Source of the DNA: Octopus vulgaris
Lineage: Eukaryota
Assembly (NCBI GenBank): GCA_951406725.2
Contig: OX597814.1
Location: 105,834,001 to 105,898,000, forward strand
Reading direction: 5' to 3'
Length of the DNA stretch: 64,000 nt
Below, piece after piece: positions 1 to 13,423 of the stretch (position 1 is the first letter of the stretch; the number at the start of each line of letters is the position of its first letter). A program made the translations under genes and the position numbers. The notes beneath the pieces were generated by a model. That model saw only the letters and a list, made by a program, of their open reading frames with translations. It was not told the origin of the DNA and searched no databases.

Positions 1-819
1 AATTGAGAATTCTATTTTTGTTTATTTACGATTTCCTACTCATGGTTTTGTTGTTGTTGTTGTTGTTGTTGTGTAAATTACTTTAAATTATCCGATTGAA
101 TTACAATATATAAATAACTGCGTATGATTGTTATTTCCTGTTGGTCAGGGTAATATATTCTCTCATTAACCAACAAAATATATATTTCCTTTTATCGATA
201 TATATGTGTGTGTGTGTGACTACATCATTATACTTTTGTATCTAAGAGTAAAAGAAAGGAAAGAATATCTAGGGAGCAGCATTGTGGACTTGTTCTTAAA
301 ATAAGACTTGACTTATATTTGATACTAGTAGCGACCGCACTATTCCCTTACTCCCCAATCCTAAAAAGAAAACGGCCCCAACTCATCTCAAAATGCCGCC
401 ATATAACAAAGTTCTTGCTGACCATCTTGAACTACTGACGTATAACTAGAAACACTGACATCGCCGATAACAAGACTAACCACGTAACTATCACCTTGGT
501 TAAAACACACATATACATATATGTATATACAAGTATTTCTAAATGTATTTTTATATTGCCGCATCTACACACACACACACACACACACACTATTTATAGT
601 ATTGTCATTTGCTCGAAGTATTGTGATGTATTTCAATGATAAAAATGTTTGAAAGAGAAAGGACTTCGGCCGTTACAGCTAACGTGTTTGGCCAAATGTG
701 TGACACAGTTTCTTTCCTCTCTAATCTCATTCACTGAACTATTGTCATCCCCATTCAGACTTCTCAGCAAGATTGCTCATGGGTTTTTGGGGTTTTTTTC
801 TTTGTTTTTCAAGCATGGG

Positions 820-1128
820 CCTGACACTGCTGTCGATTATGACGACGAGGTTTCCAGTCGATCCCATCGACGGAATAGCCTGCCCCTTGAATGAGCGTGC
901 AAGTGGCTGGGTACTCCACAGATACAGTACACTTAATGTAGTCCTCAAGGAGATTCAACCCGACACAGAATGTGACAAGATTGGCCCTTTTGAATCACAG
1001 GTACAACCCATTCTCGCCAGCTGAGTTGAATGAAGCAAGTGTCTTGTTTAAGGATACAGCGCGCCGCCACGAATCGAAATCACGACCTTACGATAGTGAA
1101 CCGGATATCCTAACTCCCTAAGCCTCGC
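820..1128 (-). mobile_element. SINE, head D plus tail D
   Basis: gacgacgaggtttccagtcgatcc tail, gaatcgaaatcacgaccttacgat head. Confidence 0.75.
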
Positions 1129-1151
1129 GCATACACACATACACACATTAT

Positions 1152-1182
<31 letters not shown>

Positions 1183-1273
1183 AAGAGAGAGAGAGGGGTA
1201 GCCTATGTGTTGTGCCCAATTCACAAATCTCATCATATATGAGGCCCCAGTCATAACAAAGAATATACGCATG

Positions 1274-1358
<85 letters not shown>

Positions 1359-1681
1359 GTATGTATGTATGTATGTGTGTGTGTGTACATAAGGGGGGGA
1401 TGTAGTCAGCGATAATGATAACTTCCTCTCATTGTATTTGGAGATGATGATGATCATCATCATCATCGTCACCCTTATCTTTATTCAGTGTTGGAGGAAG
1501 CAATAAATGCAATTTTGAGTGAATGTACTTATTGTTTAGCCAAATACGTTCCGTCTCCCCTCCTTCCCCCCTCTCTCTCTCTCTCCTATCTATCAATCTA
1601 TTACACCTCCCACACATTTACGCATACCCATACATTCATATACTCTTACAAATACATGTTCACTTATATACATACATACAA

Positions 1682-2796
<1,115 letters not shown>

Positions 2797-2797
2797 G

Positions 2798-2990
2798 ATA
2801 AGAGGTGGAAATGAAGAGGAATAAAGGATTCTGTTATGAAATTCATTTTCTTTCTGCTATAGGGGGCAGTGCACTCATTGTTGAGTGCTTAACTATCACC
2901 CTAGAGTTTCATCAGCTATAACAGAAACAGCTGTAAAGTAACGAAATCCATAATATAATTGTTAATTCCTTTGTCATTCCAATTTCTTAT
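2798..2990. mobile_element. Small foldback element in TA-type repeats
   Basis: Imperfect inverted ends ataagaggtggaaatgaagaggaataaa / ttaattcctttgtcattccaatttcttat. Contains GAAACAGCTGTA at 2924-2935. Confidence 0.45.
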
Positions 2991-3024
2991 ATATGAATAT
3001 ATATAATATACATACATGAGTATA

Positions 3025-3062
<38 letters not shown>

Positions 3063-3127
3063 CGCATGTGTGTGTGTGTGTCGGGATACTGTGTGTGTAG
3101 AAGCAACTCACGAGTTGATATATATAT

Positions 3128-3300
3128 ATGGAAAAAAGTCAAGATAGAAAATGCGAAATATCCTTTTAAAAAACTTTTTTATTTTTCCAAAATTTAATTG
3201 TTTCCCATACTTAGAGTTGAAAAAGTCTTAATGACTGAAACCGGTACTAAAATGTTTTTTATAAAATTATTTTACCATTTTGTACCCTGACTTTTTTGCC

Positions 3301-3302
<2 letters not shown>
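3128..3302. mobile_element. Small foldback element in (TA)n with a degenerate hammerhead
   Basis: About 48-bp imperfect inverted arms around TTAGAG-TTGAAAA-AGTC-TTAAT-GACT-GAAA-CCGG-TA-CTAA. Confidence 0.55.
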
Positions 3303-3333
<31 letters not shown>

Positions 3334-3857
3334 CGTATACTTACTTGTACATATCCCTACATGCACAGAACTACATACTGAAAATGCTGCAAAGCATCTT
3401 GTTCGGCGCACTAATACCCTCGTCAGATGACCACTTTGATGATAGCGCGTGTTTGTGAGTGTGTGCATACGTAGGTTTATGCGATTATAATAGAATAGAT
3501 AGAAAGGACAGTGTGACGATTGAATCGATGAATGAACTGCAGAGTTCTACATGGCAAATGATACGGTCGAACGTGTTGTTTTTTCTGGCTGCATGCATCT
3601 CTCAGCCTCTCATAATACAGGCAGAGAGAAAGAAGCACATATCTAAACACACACACACACACGCACAGTGATAGAGTACGAAAAGGACTGCAAGTTTTCC
3701 AGAATGTTCCATTCTCTCTACTGCGTGTGGTTTCTCTCTCCGTCTCTCAGTCCATCCTTTTGTGTTCGTTAATCGTTCAAGTGCTTACAGGTGGGAAATG
3801 AATGGAACTTGGCAAATACACTTATAACCATAACCTCAGCGAAATTCTTCGTCGACG

Positions 3858-3924
<67 letters not shown>

Positions 3925-4426
3925 TGTGTGTGTGTAAGCGTTTTGCTTTGTGGTTTTGTGTTCGTTCGTGTAACCTATATTCATACATGGAGAGCCTTCT
4001 TTTACTGATTTATTATTATTATTACTAGTGGTTGTGATGGTGTGGCGCCATCTACAAATTATCTATCAATGGTGTGTGTGTGAGGTGAGGCAAATCTGTA
4101 AGCGGTTGTTCAGCTTGCTAGAGACAGCAGCCAAATTTCAACTGATATATCTGTAATATATATATGTTAGAATGTTTGCAGATGATGTACAGGTATTTTA
4201 TATTAGAAGAAATGAGGTACTCAGAAATCCGGATGGTTTTATATTTTCAGATATTTATTCGTATATTACATGTTTTTATACATCATATATCATATATTAG
4301 CGCTTTCGTCCATTCTAGTGGTGTCTTCAAATTGATATATATATATATATATACACATATATATAGGTATATAGATAGATACATATATACATGCATAGAT
4401 AGACTGATATGTAGACAGATATGTAG

Positions 4427-4460
<34 letters not shown>

Positions 4461-6431
4461 TTACTATACAAATAGAACATCATCTTGATGGTTGTGTCGC
4501 TTTGATTTGTGAATCTGCTCCAATGTTATTCATTAATGTTGCCTAACAATACCATACAACTCATGGCAGATGGCGCCGCTGATCTTTGACATTTCTGTTA
4601 CTTAACAATGTAGCAGCATATGTCAGTAGATTTTAATACCAGACACCACCACCACCACCACCATTTACACCAGCGCCACCATCCCTACCTGTGCACGATA
4701 CTGTTAGAACAGCGATCGCTACCATCATCATCATCATCATCATCACTATCACCACTGCCAGCACAACCATCATCATCACCATCATGATCATTGTGTCATC
4801 ATCCTCATCGCTACAACCATTTTTCGCTCATTATGATCATAGTTAATCGTCGTCGTCATCGTCAGTATCATCATCACCACTACAGCCACGTCCACCACCG
4901 TCATCGTTGTCACTCCCAGCGGCACCGCCACCATCAATATCGTCTACATCACTACCACCATCACCAACTCAACCATCATCAACATCATCACTAATACCAG
5001 CGCCATCGTCGTAATCATCACCATCGTCGTCGTCGTCATCATCATCACCGCCACCGCCACCACAACAATACTCATCAAAATTAACAATGAGTTTATCGTC
5101 TGTCGTCGTCGTAGCCATCGTCATCCATTTGTTTAATTTTTTTTTTCCCGAAGATTTGAAATCTCATCACGTGAGATTTATTGAATGTAAAAAGATTGTG
5201 AAGTACATCAACCACAACCACAACAACAACAAACCTCAACTAAACCTAGAAAGAGTTGAAATAAAACATGTTTTAAGCAGTAAATATCAACGACAACGAA
5301 TAGTAATTCTGCGACGTACGTACGTACGTATGTTTGTGTGTGTGTACACATATACTTGTTATGGGATATGTTGGTCGAGGAATTGTAACCAAAGTATAGG
5401 AAGCGGGTAAGCCTAGTCAGAATCTGTTCCCTCTTAAATGTGTCTGCCTCGAATTGTCGAAGAGATGCTGCGAAAAGCAACATTTTATTCGGTCTTACTT
5501 TAATTTATTTTTGGTTTAAAATGGCAGCCATCTGGGCAGTGTTTACAAACGGGAGACATTTCTGCATTTCAACCTTTGACCGTTTACTTTTTTATTTTAT
5601 TTTTATTTTTATCAAATATTTCTAATCTTTCGTCGGTTGATTTTCTTTTTCTACCGCACAGCCTTACTTCTAGTCACTTCTTTCTTATATCACTAAACAT
5701 TGCGGGACCCCATTAAAATATAAATTGTAATGTGAGGTTTAGATAGATTAGACTGGCATCTGTCGTTTTTCATGCGGCTATTCATTTCGTGTGATGTAAC
5801 AAGCTTCTTATTCCCTCCTTTGACGCCACGAGATTCTGTTGGTTGCGGTTTTCTTAGCATCTAGCCATGTGACATTGACCTCTCTCGTGTCAGTTATGTA
5901 TGTTCTGCACCGTGTAGCTTTCAGCTTTCTTCTCTTTCTCTCTCCATTGGTGTCCAATCGAAAGCTGGTAACGAGGGCATGTGATCTTGAGTTGGCACTG
6001 GTAACAAGAGTAAGTGGTCTTGTGTTGACTATCTTTAGAATATCTCCATCGATTATGTCGTCTTACCCCTACGTTCTCAGTCTCCTTCTCACGCATCTTC
6101 GGTGAAATATATCCAGCTTACAGTCTGATTGCAAATAAAAGCATTGGGACTTGCTTTACTGGAAGAAACGAATTTTCTTCTTCGTGTTTCGGTCCAAATT
6201 TTTAAATTTTCGTTTAAAACTTGAGGTTCTCCAATTTTTACGCCGTACGCCTTCGTTATACCCGACAATGTTGAGGTACCCATTGTGAAGATTATATTTT
6301 ACGATGGTTGGGTACCGTAAAACAGACATAATGGGGCCCATATGATCAGTATCATAAGCAAACAATGTATAAATTGTTATAATTATCCTCGGAATTAGAA
6401 ACTTCCTCGCAACATATTTGACGAAGTTATG

Positions 6432-6462
<31 letters not shown>

Positions 6463-6545
6463 AATCCAAACGGGAAACAAAAAAACAACAACAATGGAAC
6501 AATTACAGTATTATTATTAATAGGCGCTCAGGAAATGGAAGCAGG

Positions 6546-6595
<50 letters not shown>

Positions 6596-6597
<2 letters not shown>

Positions 6598-8618
6598 TGA
6601 TTGATTTTGATTGATTCTAGTTTCAGCTTATGAGCTGTGGCCATGCTGGGGCACCGCCATTTGGTGTTGCTACTTGGTTTCACTTCATGGAGGCTTTCTA
6701 GCAACTGCTATTTGGTGCATGAGAGAGTTCGATGCAGTTGCCCTCATCTGCCCCTCCTGCCGTGAAGTTGGTTCATCTGGGACACCTGACAGGAAGAGAT
6801 CCAGCTTCATTTTAAAGACATCTGTATCCACCCCATGCAGGTCTCTCAGGTTCTTCTGGAGGATATTGAAGAGCTGTGGGCCTCGGAAGCCCAGGCTATC
6901 ACAGAATCTTGTCCTACATCTTGATGGCAGGTTTGGAGTCCTAGGCACCACGCAGTGGCGCCCAGTTCTGGCATTTGCGTAACTCTCGATGCCAAAGTTC
7001 AGGACACTTCCCTCCAGGATCTTCCAGATGTATATTATGGCATATCTTTCCCGCCTACGCTCCAGGGAATATAATTTTAATCTCTTGAGTCTTTCCCAGT
7101 AGCTTACATTCTGCATAGAGGCTATCTTCTTTGTGTAGCTTCGTTGGATCGCCTCAAGTTCTGTGATCAACTTGACACTGGATGGTGACCATAGCTGAGA
7201 GCAATAGTCAAAGTGGCTTAGGACAAGTGTCTTCCAGAGGACCATCATGGTTTCTTGTTCTCTTGTTCTAAAGGTTCTAAGAATCCAGCCAGCCAGCCGT
7301 CTACATTTCATTGTCAGTTTAGCAACATGTACATGAAAGGTCGCGTCATCACTCATGTGAATACCCAGGTCACGCACTGATTGTGCCTCTGGGATTGCAA
7401 TCCCTCCGGGTCCAGTGTATTCATTGGGTATTGCATTCAGTTTTGCATGCTGATAGTATAAAGCTTGAAACTTTCCAGCATTGAACTGCATGCTATTGTT
7501 TTTAGCCCACTTGTATATTTCGTCCAGCTCACATTGCAGGTGTTTAGTGTCCTCAGGGTTCTGTATTGCCTGTGAAACTTTTGTATCGTCTGCATAACTT
7601 GTGATCGTGGCTCTCTGCGTGGCTGAGAGGGCCATTATGAACAGTAGTGGTCCCAGAACAGTGCCCTGCGGAACACCGCTCACTATTTGTGTGTTAATGG
7701 AGGTGGCCCCATTGGCTACTACCACCTGACTTCTATCCTTCAGAAAGTCATGAAGCCATTCTCCCAGTTTTCCAACTATGTTGAGATCACGCAGTTTGTG
7801 ACATATCATTCCATGATCGACTTTATCAAAGACCTTTGCAAAGTCGAGATATATCACTTCCACATTTGAGTGGTTGAGCAGCCGTTTCAGCACCCAGTCA
7901 TAGTGTTGTAGGAGCTGAGTTAAACAGCTTCTCCCTGGTCGGAAACCATGTTGGGTGTCGGGCAGCAAGTCATTCTCTTCAAGGAAGGTGATCAGCTTCC
8001 TTCTGACTATTCGTTCCATGACCTTGCTGATGTGTGAGGTCAGAGAGATAGGTCTATAGTTCTTGGCTTCCGCTCTGCTACCTCCTTTATGAATGGGGCA
8101 TATTTTACCTTCCTTCAGTTTTCCTGGAAGTTTGCCAGCTGCAAGGAAGCTCTGAAAGAGGAACTGCAGTGGTCTTGCTAGGACTCTCTTACATGCTTTT
8201 AGGAGGATTGCCGGGAATCCATCGGGGCCAGTAGCTGAGTCTGTTTTCATTTCATCTATAGCCTTGGTTACATCGTCTTCCTTTATATCGATGTAATCTA
8301 TCGTCGCCGCCTCTGATTTTATATCTGCAGTGGTAAAAAAGTCAGTTGGATTGGTGATTTGGAGATGCCCAAGGGGTGGAGTGAAAACACTCTTGAATTG
8401 CTCATTCAGTATTTCACTTACCCTCATTGGTTTTCCTGTAAGTGTGCCATCCTTTTCGAGGAGTGGCCCTATTCTACAGTGCACTGTAGCTGTTTCTTTG
8501 GCATACCTGTAGAAAGCTCTGGGGTTAGATTTTATGTTTTCTATAGCCCAGGCTTCTTTGTCTGCTCTTTCTTTTTCATGGGAGAGTTGCAGACATTTTT
8601 CGATTTCCAACAGTTTTA
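6596..8618 (-). mobile_element. 5'-truncated CR1-group LINE (non-LTR retrotransposon) inserted in a TA-type microsatellite
   Basis: RT ORF, short 3' UTR with stem-loop CAGCT-CATA-AGCTG and an (ATCA)-like tail. No endonuclease domain present. Flanked by (TA)n on the left and TATG/TA repeats on the right. Confidence 0.9.
6685..8610 (-). CDS. LINE ORF2 C-terminal part, reverse transcriptase (641 aa, no stops, no true start codon)
   Basis: Motifs GPDG, NYRPISLTS, QHGFRPGRSC, YLDFAKVFDKVDH, SGVPQGTVLGPLLF, YADDTK, RDLG, SLERRRERY. Confidence 0.93.
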   Translation of the reverse strand: MEIEKCLQLSHEKERADKEAWAIENIKSNPRAFYRYAKETATVHCRIGPLLEKDGTLTGKPMRVSEILNEQFKSVFTPPLGHLQITNPTDFFTTADIKSEAATIDYIDIKEDDVTKAIDEMKTDSATGPDGFPAILLKACKRVLARPLQFLFQSFLAAGKLPGKLKEGKICPIHKGGSRAEAKNYRPISLTSHISKVMERIVRRKLITFLEENDLLPDTQHGFRPGRSCLTQLLQHYDWVLKRLLNHSNVEVIYLDFAKVFDKVDHGMICHKLRDLNIVGKLGEWLHDFLKDRSQVVVANGATSINTQIVSGVPQGTVLGPLLFIMALSATQRATITSYADDTKVSQAIQNPEDTKHLQCELDEIYKWAKNNSMQFNAGKFQALYYQHAKLNAIPNEYTGPGGIAIPEAQSVRDLGIHMSDDATFHVHVAKLTMKCRRLAGWILRTFRTREQETMMVLWKTLVLSHFDYCSQLWSPSSVKLITELEAIQRSYTKKIASMQNVSYWERLKRLKLYSLERRRERYAIIYIWKILEGSVLNFGIESYANARTGRHCVVPRTPNLPSRCRTRFCDSLGFRGPQLFNILQKNLRDLHGVDTDVFKMKLDLFLSGVPDEPTSRQEGQMRATASNSLMHQIAVARKPP

Positions 8619-8671
8619 TGTATGTATATATATACTAGCTTGTTGTCTTTCACTCACCAATGCTTATATTT

Positions 8672-8878
8672 AATTCTTTATTGCGCTCAAGGGGTTAAAC
8701 ACAGAGAGGGCTAACACGGACAGACCCCAGTGCATAACTGGTACTTATTTAATCGACTCCGAAAGGATGAAAGGCAAAATCGACCTCGGCGGAATTTGAA
8801 CTCAGAACGTGAAGACAGACGATATACTACTAAGCATTTCGCCCGGGCGTGCTAACGTTTGTGTCAGCTCGTCGTCTT
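8672..8878 (-). mobile_element. SINE family A, long tail, diverged
   Basis: gaaaggatgaaaggcaaaatcgacctcggcggaatttgaactc core. Confidence 0.8.
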
Positions 8879-9290
8879 TCCCTCACCCACACTTATATTG
8901 TCAATCCAAAGCATTATTCCAGTCCCATCCCATTCCTCTTATATTTGTCTGTCAAAACGTGATCACGTGTCTATATCTCGACAGACAGACATTCGCAGAG
9001 ATTTCTCCCAACGATGAATGTCACATTGAAACCGGCAAGTGTGACATGGTGGTTAATATGTTCATATTATTTCATGATATATCGGAAATTAATTGGTCTT
9101 AAGCAAAATATTCCGACAAATTACTCATTATTTTCTACCAAACTGAAACATCGCCTCTACCTGCCATTTCACTCCAGACTCCGTTGCATCTCATCGTGTG
9201 TGTGTGTGTGTGTGTGTAAAATGTTCATTTTCATGTATTTCATTTTTGTCTGGTTTATACATGCAAATGCATCAAGATGGACGCGTACAA

Positions 9291-9376
<86 letters not shown>

Positions 9377-9419
9377 AGCTATTCTTTCACCCTCTTCTCT
9401 CTTTGTAAATGTGTGTGTT

Positions 9420-9454
<35 letters not shown>

Positions 9455-10099
9455 CATACGTATATTTACGCCCTCATTCAAACAAATTTTTACAAATATT
9501 AGTTTTTATGTATGTGTTTGTGTGTACATATGCGTATACGCACTTACACATACGCACACAAACACACACATACTTATTCACACATAGCTTTATGGTTTTA
9601 AAGCGCTTTCAATCATATTGTCTCTTTCTAATGCCCGAATTAAACTGTTTATCAGTCCTCCTTGGTTTCATTTGAAACCTGGCTCTTGTGCGTGCGTGCG
9701 TGCGTGTATGTGTATGTGTATGTGTATGTCTGCGTGCATGTGTGCGTATGTATGTGATGCAGGCTTGACAACGTGGTAATGACGTTTGCTTTGCAATCAT
9801 GTGTTTCCGATGTCGGATATCATAGCTTCCGTTTTCATCCAAACTTTTTACGTTTAACGGGTGGAGAGCCGTAAGAGCAGAAATTGTACAGAACCCTACC
9901 AATATGGTAAAAGACAAGGCCCCTGGCGATTTTGAGAGTCGCTTTAGACATTCTGCCTATCGATTAGTCACGAGATATAGTTTCTTCCTGCCTTTTCTCG
10001 CCATGGCTATTGTTCTTCACGCTCTTCGCAACCGTTTTAAAAATCTACGATGGTCATCCGCGCAGTCTCACCTTTGAAGTAGATTGTAAAATTGCGAGA

Positions 10100-10350
10100 A
10101 ACGAAGCAAGTGTATGGGATTTCATGAAAGAGAAGTTGTGATCGATACATAACTTTCTATTTTAATTAAATTCATTGTTCCGCTCGATTACTAAGATTAT
10201 CGGTTTCGAATCCTCCAGGTTTTATGGTACCAATAATAGTTGGTGCCCTTACTGGAAAATGTAATCGACCAGCTAATTCGCACATTACGAAAATCATCTG
10301 AAAGCGGAACAATAAAAATATGCAAGACTTTACTCAAGTTCAAAATCTGA
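10100..10350 (+). mobile_element. Degenerate C-terminus of a restriction-like-endonuclease (R2/R4/NeSL group) retrotransposon
   Basis: Broken frames give MVPIIVGAL (from 10224) and IRTLRKSSESGTIKICKTLLKFKI* (stop at 10350), which resemble the VPIVIGALG...GTxxIxR C-terminus as I recall it. Not verified by search. Confidence 0.4.
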
Positions 10351-11102
10351 CATTGATTTTGCTATCAACGTTCCTATGATGAAGTTTAGTATCTTTGTTA
10401 AAAACAAGCTTCTTTCTTACAGGAAGATTTCTCAAAACCAGAAGAGAACAAGCATACATATACACACTCGTTCAGACACGACACATATGAGTCATACATA
10501 CGTACAATCATGCATAAGTGCATTCACACAAACGCACATATATCCACACATAGATACATACACCTATTCACATTCACATATTCCCTCAAACACGCAGACC
10601 TATATTTCATCTCATTCAGCTTCTCGTGTAATTTCTTCACCATTTTTCTATGAGCTTGATGTGTGCACGCGTGCGTGTGCGTACGTGCGTGTGTGCGTGT
10701 GCATCTTTCTCCTCCTCACTCTCTGTTGTATCAACCATTGCTGCTTCTTTATTGCTACATCCCTCCAACTGTGTCTTCATGTTGTCTGTGTACACAATTG
10801 CGTATTTACTAGAATAAGTAAATGAATGTTTTAGATCGCAATAACATCGCAACCAAACATGTACCATGAATGAGTCTATTTTAGAGGCAAACCAGTTATG
10901 ATAACAATCCTGTTATAACTGTTGTATAGAAAAACACAACTTTCTCTGGTGGATGTATGACTTGTTACCAAACACGTTTGGTAGCGAAGATCCTCGATTT
11001 TAGCAAAAGTAAATTCACATAAACTTGTAACATCGCGTCTATGTAGAGCCAGTGTCTAAAATTAGAAAACTATTGAAATGTTATTTGGCGATCTTTATCG
11101 AT

Positions 11103-11341
11103 ATCCTTAAATCCTTAATCCTTAAAAATGTTTCAGCTTGAAGGCTGCGGCCATGCTGGAGTACTACCGTTGAATGAGCTACACTAGTATGCGAAGCCAC
11201 CTCTGATACGTGGTACTTGATCAACAAGGGAGTTCGACGTCGCTGCCCGTATCTGTGTTTCCTGCCGAGAGGTAGGTTCATCTGGAACCCCTGACAAGAA
11301 GAGATCCAGTTTAGTTTTAAAGGAACCCACATCCACACCAT
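11103..11341 (-). mobile_element. Short 3' fragment of a related CR1-group LINE subfamily
   Basis: Minus strand encodes GVDVGSFKTKLDLFLSGVPDEPTSRQETQIRAATSNSL, versus GVDTDVFKMKLDLFLSGVPDEPTSRQEGQMRATASNSL in the LINE at 6685. Same CCAGCATGGCC-CAGC..AGCTGAAAC end, with a (TTAAGGA)-like tail. Confidence 0.85.
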
Positions 11342-11492
11342 AAGTAAAATTTGAAGGGAATCACGAGAGCGAAATATGAACTTGCCTATCTACAACGTCA
11401 AATTGTGTTTCAACCATTAGATTATCGGTCCGAATGGCTATCATGGCTTCTCTTATACATGTATTTCACCGTCACCTTTGTGTGTGTTAGTG

Positions 11493-11561
<69 letters not shown>

Positions 11562-12071
11562 TCTATGTTTGTGTGTGTGTCCTCTATGTTCTTTAACGAT
11601 GTCTCTTCATTATATTATTGAAGTCTTCAGAAAATTCCTGACGAATCAATTCAGTCCATTTCGTTTCCTTCATGGTTTCTTACTCGTACCAGAATGTCCA
11701 CTCATGTTGTTCCGCTTCAGTAATCACTGCCAAGACTAAATAATCTTTCATCTTTTTGGCAATACGAAATATAAATCATTCCAAATACGAAACTATTTTA
11801 TTCACAATATGTCTGATTAATACATTACCTTTTGACTAAAGAATCATATTGTGTGTCAGATTAATTAGAAAGAATGTTGAAGAATATAGTGGAGTTTCAT
11901 GGCTAGTCTCTATAGAAACCAAAACTTCGTAGAACTGAATCTCATAATTAACGAATTTCTCATATTTTCTCTGTTTCTTTCCTCGTTTGTTAATTATCTG
12001 CTGCAATGAATTCTACAGAAAATTATGCAAGAACTCACAGAGTAAGAAGGATAATGTAAAAATTAAAGAAT

Positions 12072-12147
<76 letters not shown>

Positions 12148-12290
12148 GAAAAGATGATAGAAATAAAAGAAACAAATGGCGGAAATGAGGGCATAAAAAA
12201 AAAATGAATAATATATGTAAATGGGGAGGAGATTGTGAAGCACGAGGAAAGAATAGTGTTAGGACCTGTGTGGGACATTGAGAAGAGTCG

Positions 12291-12325
<35 letters not shown>

Positions 12326-12859
12326 GTGCAAAAGATTATGCAAACACGCACGCACACGCGCACACACGTTAGTGACATGAATATGGAAGACTCGATAAGC
12401 AAAAATGTGAAGACTATTCTGAATTGTGATGACATTTTGTTGGTTAAGCAGAGCCTGGCGTGTCTGCTTCAATAAGAAGCTCATTGCAAATGGAAACGAA
12501 AGCAGATTTTGTGTCTTCCTGTTTTATCGTCAATTTTCACCCGTTTCTGTCGTTCTCCATCGATTGACTTAGAAGAAGACGCTTTCTCCATATAAGCCAA
12601 AACGTCTGAAACTGTGTCAGAAAAATTACCTTTGAATGTTTGTTATTTAAAATGTCGTGAATAATAATAATGATAGTAACCGAATCTAGTAGATAATCTG
12701 CATGCATCTGCTGTAACGCTCAATTATGTACAATAACACATGGTATATAAACAGTATAAACATGGTATATAAACAATTATGTACAATAACACATGGTATA
12801 TAAACAGGGCAAATTTTGAGCCATTTCTCCGCACAGACTGGAAAAAAAATGATGAACAA

Positions 12860-12900
12860 CCTTAATCGATTTTCGGACCTTACTGGGTTCTCATCAGAGG
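12860..12900 (-). ncRNA. Minimal type-I hammerhead ribozyme motif
   Basis: CCT-CTGATGA-GAACC-CAGTAA-GGTCC-GAAA-ATCGAT-TA-AGG: canonical core, stem II with one mismatch, palindromic stem III, 3-bp stem I CCT/AGG. Confidence 0.6.
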
Positions 12901-13026
12901 CGTCTACATCATTCTGAAAGTCTCCAGAGAAACAAGCAGCTAAACTGTTTATATACTCAACAATGCAACAGTTACTCTGTCAACTGGGATCTTCGTATCA
13001 AGGTATGAGATAATAAATATGTAACA

Positions 13027-13423
13027 TCTTTATATATAAAAGTGAGGTTGTATGCTGTCTGTCTCCTACGATTTAGATTCCTAACTACTCCCACATTTTG
13101 CGGTGCAGTTTAACCAAAACCGGGTATCTTATAGTCTTGATTCATATCGAGCCCTTCTGGGTATTAGCGCGCGTCTACGATGAGTCTACGATTTAAAAAA
13201 AAATTACTATCAATTTTTCCCATTTTTAATGAATTTTTGGCATATATAAGGGAAGTAGCTCTCTAAAAATTTATTATTAAATCTCAGAACGTAAAAAGCT
13301 ACAGTATCACCCCCACCCTTTGTGGTTAACCATATTGAGATGGCTATTATACTTTACATCTCTAAAAATGCTTATATAGTTATTTCCCTTACAAATCCGA
13401 GCAACGCCGGGCGATACTGCTAG
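13027..13423 (+). mobile_element. Non-autonomous Helitron
   Basis: 5' TC (TCTTTATATATAAA), 3' GC-rich hairpin CCGAGCAACGCCGG close to a terminal CTAG, inserted between A and T with no TSD. Confidence 0.8.

Noticed and set aside
12721-12807. Local duplication of caattatgtacaataacacatggtatataaacag
   Set aside because: Simple slippage-type tandem duplication with no functional signature.
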